Below the pieces are notes generated by a model. The model was given only the letters and a program-made list of their open reading frames with translations. It had not been told where the DNA came from and made no database searches. A stretch of 64,000 nt of DNA from Carcharhinus amblyrhynchos. Taxonomy: Eukaryota. The stretch spans positions 57,164,001 through 57,228,000 of the forward strand of contig OZ336881.1 in the NCBI GenBank assembly GCA_965287045.1. Reading direction: 5' to 3'. The position numbers and the translations under genes were made by a program. This document shows, piece after piece, positions 58,589 through 64,000 of the stretch. Within the stretch, counting starts at the first letter, position 1. Every line of letters begins with the position of its first letter.

Positions 58589-60822
58589 TTAAAGTTATAA
58601 TATTTATTTCAATTCCAAAATTAAGCTGATCTGGAAACATTAGCAATGATCTCAGTTTAATGTCATATTTTGTGTGACCACAGAATGTAAATCTGGGGAG
58701 CGGGTATGAGCTGCTAAGTGGGTTGTGGGGAGGAGGCTTCAGTTACACAGCTTGCACAATTATTACTGTGCGGAAAACTAGAAGTCACCAAATACTTGCA
58801 ATAACCTTAACTGAAATTTGATATATTGTAAAATCTACGTTGTAAATTGAACTTGTGGATAATTAACTTGTTATAGTTCTCTTTATAACTCTGTGCTGCT
58901 TAGCTGCATAAAATCTTGAAGCTCCATTTCAACATGCACAGGACATTTGATGTAATACATGACTGCAAATTACACACAAACAGGCTTGATGATAAATCAA
59001 GACAATACGATTTCAGTTATACACAGAAAATATCAGTGTACTATATAGTCGTAACGGTTTTTTCTCTTCCACAAAAATGTTGTGGCTCATAGAACATTTA
59101 GTAAGTCTGGATATATACTCAAAACTGTGGTATGTATAGCTGTCAGATTTAAATTGATTGGCACGAGTTTTGGCTTTGCAAGAGGTTACAAGCTTGAATA
59201 CACCTTAATAACAGATCTGGGTTTGTGTTGGTTCGATATTGACTGAGTTGGGGAGAGTTGATGAAATGGCAGGGTTTACTCAAAAGGAAAGCAAACATCT
59301 ATCTTCACATTGACTTTTTCTTTCAGCAGCAAATCTTGCCTCAAAGTAATCACATCCACCAACTGGAAAAACGCATGAGTTAAAGGGGTTTTGCAGCTTT
59401 CAGCTGGATCGAGGTTCACAGCAGCCACTGCCACTTTGAAGCTCACAATCCCAATGGGAAGTCTTATGTTACCAAATTGCCAAAGCAATATATTTGGAAA
59501 CATAGTACAGATAAGCTTTTGCTTCAATTGTGCTTCAAAGTTTTCAGCAACAATCATACAGTTGACGTATTGTGAAACAACCCAAATGCAAACAGCTCAT
59601 GAGCTCTTTGCACTTGGGTTGGAGACTTGTTGTTTCTGTCTTCCATTAGCCCATTGGGGCAAATGTCCTCGAAAGCTGCCTCTTGCATCTTTGTCTCCTT
59701 GCTTTCCAATTTCCACTCATGCCCTCTCCTAAGCTCAAATTCAACACGAGACCCACTCCTGCTCTCTGTGCTTTTGGCTCCATGTCCATTAAACTGCTGA
59801 CCACCCAATTTTTCTTCCTGGGTTCCATGTTGGCTGATATTGTTAATGATTCGCCTTGATTCAAATGTTGTCTCTCCCTCCTTAAAGTATTATATTTATA
59901 ATATTTATTTCAATTTCAAAATGAAGTTGATCTGGAAACATTAGTAATGACCTCAGTTTAACGTCCTGTGACTGCAGGATGTAAATCTGGGGAGTGGGTA
60001 TGAGCTGTTAAGCAGATTGTGGGGAGGAGGCTTCAGTTATACAGCTTGCACAATTACTACTGTGCAGAAAACTAGAAATCACTAAATACTTGCAATAACC
60101 TTCACTGAAATTTGATATATTGTTAAATCTACATTGTAAATTGGACTTGTGAATAATTAACTTGTTATAGTTCTCTTCATAACTTTGTGCTGTTTAGTTG
60201 CATAAAATCTTGAAGCTCTATTTCAGCATGCACAGGACATTTTATATAATACATGACTGCAAATTACACACAAACAGGCTTTATGATAAATCACAACAAT
60301 AGGATTTCTGTTATACACAGAAAAGATCAGCGTGGTATATAGTCGCAATGGTTTTTCCTCCTCTACATAAATGTTACAGCTCATCGAACATTTAGTAAGT
60401 CTAAATATATACTCAAAGCTGTGCTATGTATAGTTGTCAGATTTAAATTGATTGGCACAAGTTTTGGCTTTCGCAAGAGTTTGCAAGTTGATCCACACCT
60501 TAATAACAGAGATCTGGGTTTGAGATGGTTAGATATTGCTTGGGGAGATTTGATGAAATGGCAGGGTTTATATAGGAAAGAAAACATCTATCTTCACACT
60601 GGCTTTTTTTGCAGCAACAAACTTGCCTCAGAATCAATCCATCAAATGAAAAAAAACATGGCGTTAAAGGGGCCTTGCACCTTTCAACTTTCCAGTTGGA
60701 TGAAGGTTCACAGCGGCCATTGCTGCTTTGGAGCTCAGCACCCAACTTTGCTTCCTGGGCTCCATATTGGCCAATATTGTTAACTGTTCCCTTTGATTCA
60801 AGTGTTGTCCCTCTCTCCCTTA
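58589..60822. repeat. Diverged head-to-tail tandem duplication (copy 1 ~58589-59881, copy 2 ~59882-60822)
   Basis: Collinear similarity across ~930 bp, e.g. tgatctggaaacattag, ggggaggaggcttcagtta, aatacatgactgcaaattacacacaaacaggctt, tgtcagatttaaattgattggcac, tgatgaaatggcagggttta. Confidence 0.95.
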
Positions 60823-61009
60823 GTTTGCTGCCATTACCATTCTCTTTAAAAAAATTGACCCCATCGTTCTTGTAAACTAGCACTTCATCTCCAACCTGTC
60901 TTTCCTCTTCCCCAAGTACTCAAAAGATCGCTCAATGTTTGAATCACGCTAATCGGGTTTATTGCCCTGCCACAGTATCGAAACAATGCATCAAAATTAC
61001 AAGTGACAA

Positions 61010-61450
61010 ACATAAACTTTCCCTCCTCGCCCCTCTCGACCCTGTCTGCAGTCTTTGGCCTGACTGAATAAATCATCCCCCTCCAATGCCTCTCCAAGTT
61101 GTCTAGCTACATGGGATAGTTCTCACTCGATTCCATTTTTTATCTCTCTAATCCTAGCCAGAGTATCACTGCAATGCCTTCTCCGCTGCTCCCATACTGT
61201 TACCTCTGGTGACTCTCAAGGATTTCTCCATGGACCCTTGTCATTTTTAGTCACGTACAGCCCCTCACTGACATCAATCAAAAGCACAGCAGTCATTTCC
61301 ACATGCATGCTGCTAACATCCAACTTTACCTCACTACCAGACTGACTGCTTATTCAATATTCAGTACCTGATGAGAAATTCCCTCCAGTTAAATATTGGG
61401 AAAACTGAAGCCATTGTTTTGGGTTCCTGATCCAAACATCAATCCCTGGC
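61010..61450 (+). mobile_element. L2-type LINE RT fragment
   Basis: ctcgacc.tgtctgcagtctttg (LDLSAAFD-like); FHMHAANIQLYL (decayed FHxYADDTQLY). Confidence 0.72.
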
Positions 61451-62849
61451 TATGGGCTCCGCATAAGAAATGGAAGAAAATGTATAAACGGTCAAGGAAC
61501 AAAAATTACGATGAGAAGAGGAAAAAAGAAAAGATAAAGAAAGTTAACTTACAGTGTGAACAAAATGAGATCAAGTCACTTGATGCACAGTCTAACTTGG
61601 AAAATGGTGCAAAAGAAAATGAAGTGATGCCACCACTAGGATCAAAATGACTCCCAACTAAAAGCTCCACATTATTAGCACCAATCGCCTTTTGATACTG
61701 CAAATTAAACTGCAGCTTGTATCAATAAAATCTAAGGAAAGTCAATTTTGTTGTAGAACTAAACTGTTCGCAAGCACAGCATAAACTATGATTTTGTGCC
61801 AGTATGTCATTCTTTTCCAAAACGATGGCTTGTGTAGATCTCAAAAGTCAGCCGTTTTGCTTTCACCTTCATAAACAAGATAGCTACCTTATTTGTCAAA
61901 AAAAAGTTATACTAAATGATTTTAATATCACGACTGTTAAACTTCTACTTTTTTCATATGCTATACCAAAACTGATCATTTAACACTAATCAAAAATATT
62001 TCTTACCCTCAAGACTAAATGCAGTACTTGACATCTGTGTGTTACTAAAGTATTAAGTTCCTAATTTCTGTCAGAAAAAAAAATTCCCATTTGACATCTG
62101 GCTTCAAATGACATCCAAAGAGTTGTGAATGCTAGGTCATTGAATAAATTTGATGTTGGGATAAACAGGTTTTTGGTGTCTCAGGGAATTAAGGAATATT
62201 GGGAGCAGCAGGGAAGTCCAGTTGAGCCATAATTGCACTGAATAGTGCAGTAAACCTGACAGGTCACATGGTCTACTCCAGCTCCTATTTCTTGTGTTCT
62301 AATGTTAACAAGAAACGTTCAAATGTTTTTCTTTGGAAAGAGAAAAAGTGCAAAAGAGGCATGTTTTCTTGTAATTACACTGGTGAAACATAACATAATT
62401 ACGTATTTCAGTGCAATCTCTTACATCATATTGCATGATTCCAAGCAAATGACAAGGGAAAGCTTTGGTCAGTGGGACAAGAAAACATGGATAAATTCGT
62501 TAACATATACATGATACATAGTGCTTATACAATGTGGAGTGTGTAATTATGATCGGTTAAGATCTAAAAAGTATTTGAAGTTGCACGATCTCTCAGCAGC
62601 CTCTTTAAAACCAATTCTGATTGTTTCAATTAACATCTTGACCTTGCTTCAATGAAAGATGGAATGACAGTAACATGTAAATTAAGGGACTTTATAAATG
62701 GAGTAGCTGTGTAGGAGAAACAAAGACCAGAGAATCAGCTTAAGTTTTTAAACCATAATGCACATCAATGCATTATTTTATATGACAAGGAGTTAATAAC
62801 TAAATGGAGTATCAATTTTGTGCAAAAGGAGAAGAGATTCAATAAGGGA

Positions 62850-63590
62850 AGCATCACCACTAATTTGTTGCAAATGCAACAGTGGACTAGATGACACCAA
62901 CGATATCATCCACAAACAGGAGTTTGCTTACAGCCAATATGAACATGTTAAAGGCAAGATGTGTCTGACAAACCCGATTGTGTTATATCACAAAATAACA
63001 AAAAAGACAGTTTATTTGTGCTGGAGATGGACTTTGAAAAGATATTTGATAAAGCGACACATAATAGATTTTTTTAGCAAAATTGAAGCTCGTCAGACCA
63101 AAGGTTTGGTGATATCATAGATACAAAACTGGGTAAGAGAAAAAGGCAGGGGTGAGTGTTTTTCCAGACTAGATGCAAGTATGCAGTGGTACTCACCAGG
63201 AGCTGGTATTAGATCCACTGTATTTTTTCCTCGTACAAATTATGAGGAGGAATAGGGCATACAGAGTACAATTTCAGTCCGCAGATGACATGAAATCTGG
63301 AAATGGACTAAAATGAGGAGGCTAACACCAGACCATAAGAGATGAGATAGTGCAAAAGAATGGTGTGATGTATTATGGGAAGAGGTCATGGTGAAGCAAT
63401 ATAAATTATTTTAAAAGGTGGCACAACAAATTGATAAAGCTGTTCTAAAAAATGTTTGAAAATTGTTGGATTTACAATTAAAGGCATGGAGTATAAAAGC
63501 AAGCATGCTCTGCAAAATCTTGGTAACTCAGTGGTTAAGTAATAGTGCAGTATTGAGTTCTTGGTCTTGCACTGCTGAGTGCTGCTGTGA
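62850..63590 (+). mobile_element. CR1-type LINE RT fragment
   Basis: KGKMCLTN, MDF.K.FDK..H, gcagatgaca (ADD) motifs, frameshifted. Confidence 0.78.
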
Positions 63591-63611
63591 TGTAACGTTA
63601 AGTGACGTGCA

Positions 63612-63770
63612 CATTTGATTTGAATTACTGTCACATGTATTAGTGCACAATGAAAAATATTGTTTCTTGCGTGCTATACAAAGTATACCGTACATAGAGA
63701 AGGAAAGGAGAGTGCACGCAATGTAGTGTTACAGTCATAGCTAGAGTGCAGAGAAAGTTTATTGCAGCCA
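63612..63770 (-). mobile_element. Probable LINE 3'UTR fragment with (ATCAA)-type tail
   Basis: tttgatttgaattactgtcacatgtattagt...; family not assigned. Confidence 0.45.
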
Positions 63771-64000
63771 TGGATAGAAAACACAAAATACCAGACCTCA
63801 AATGAACAACTCGGCAAATGTGCATATCAGAGGGGTTTGACTTTGCACATTGCACAAAATCTTGATGAGGCAGGAGAATCAACACAAGAAAATCAATATA
63901 CAACCAGACAAGATGCCAAGTATGACATATCAAACTATGTAAAGGAATGGTTTTGAACACAGTAAGCACATGGATCAAAAAATGCAGATATTTTGTGTAC

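Noticed and set aside
1-64000. Short ORFs in the six-frame track as independent genes
   Set aside because: Apart from those overlapping TRERF1 exons, they are frameshifted LINE/SINE pieces or random frames with no recognisable domains or splice-consistent structure.
54204-64000. Large N-terminal coding exon or promoter of TRERF1
   Set aside because: No long Gln/Pro-rich frame or CpG island is present; it should lie beyond the window.
1-64000. CRISPR array, operon or other prokaryotic/viral system
   Set aside because: No regularly spaced repeats or long intron-less ORFs; the sequence is spliced vertebrate DNA.

Overview
AT-rich vertebrate genomic DNA. The repeat content (HE1/V-SINE-type SINEs, HER1/CR1-type LINEs, L2, Penelope-like relics) points to a shark. 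One protein-coding gene is present, on the minus strand: the 3' portion of TRERF1 (C2H2 - ELM2 - SANT - C2H2 - C2H2; MiDAC scaffold family). I reconstructed 13 GT-AG exons between 54203 and 7198 that join in phase into 2046 nt (681 aa + TAA). The large N-terminal coding exon is not in the window and should lie beyond position 64000. The rest is 3'UTR, intron and downstream sequence filled with decayed transposable elements; no TE ORF is intact and almost all ORF-track entries are spurious. Best leads: (1) a 15-nt in-frame microexon candidate (VLWRD) with SRRM4- and RBFOX-type flanking motifs; (2) short TSD-flanked foldback insertions built around hammerhead-ribozyme cores; (3) an apparently ORF1-less LINE with a tRNA-like Pol III head plus SINE-sized head+tail derivatives; (4) an old ~0.9-1.3 kb intronic tandem duplication containing a 44-bp palindrome. 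Everything was read by eye; TE boundaries are approximate and comparisons with human TRERF1 are from memory.
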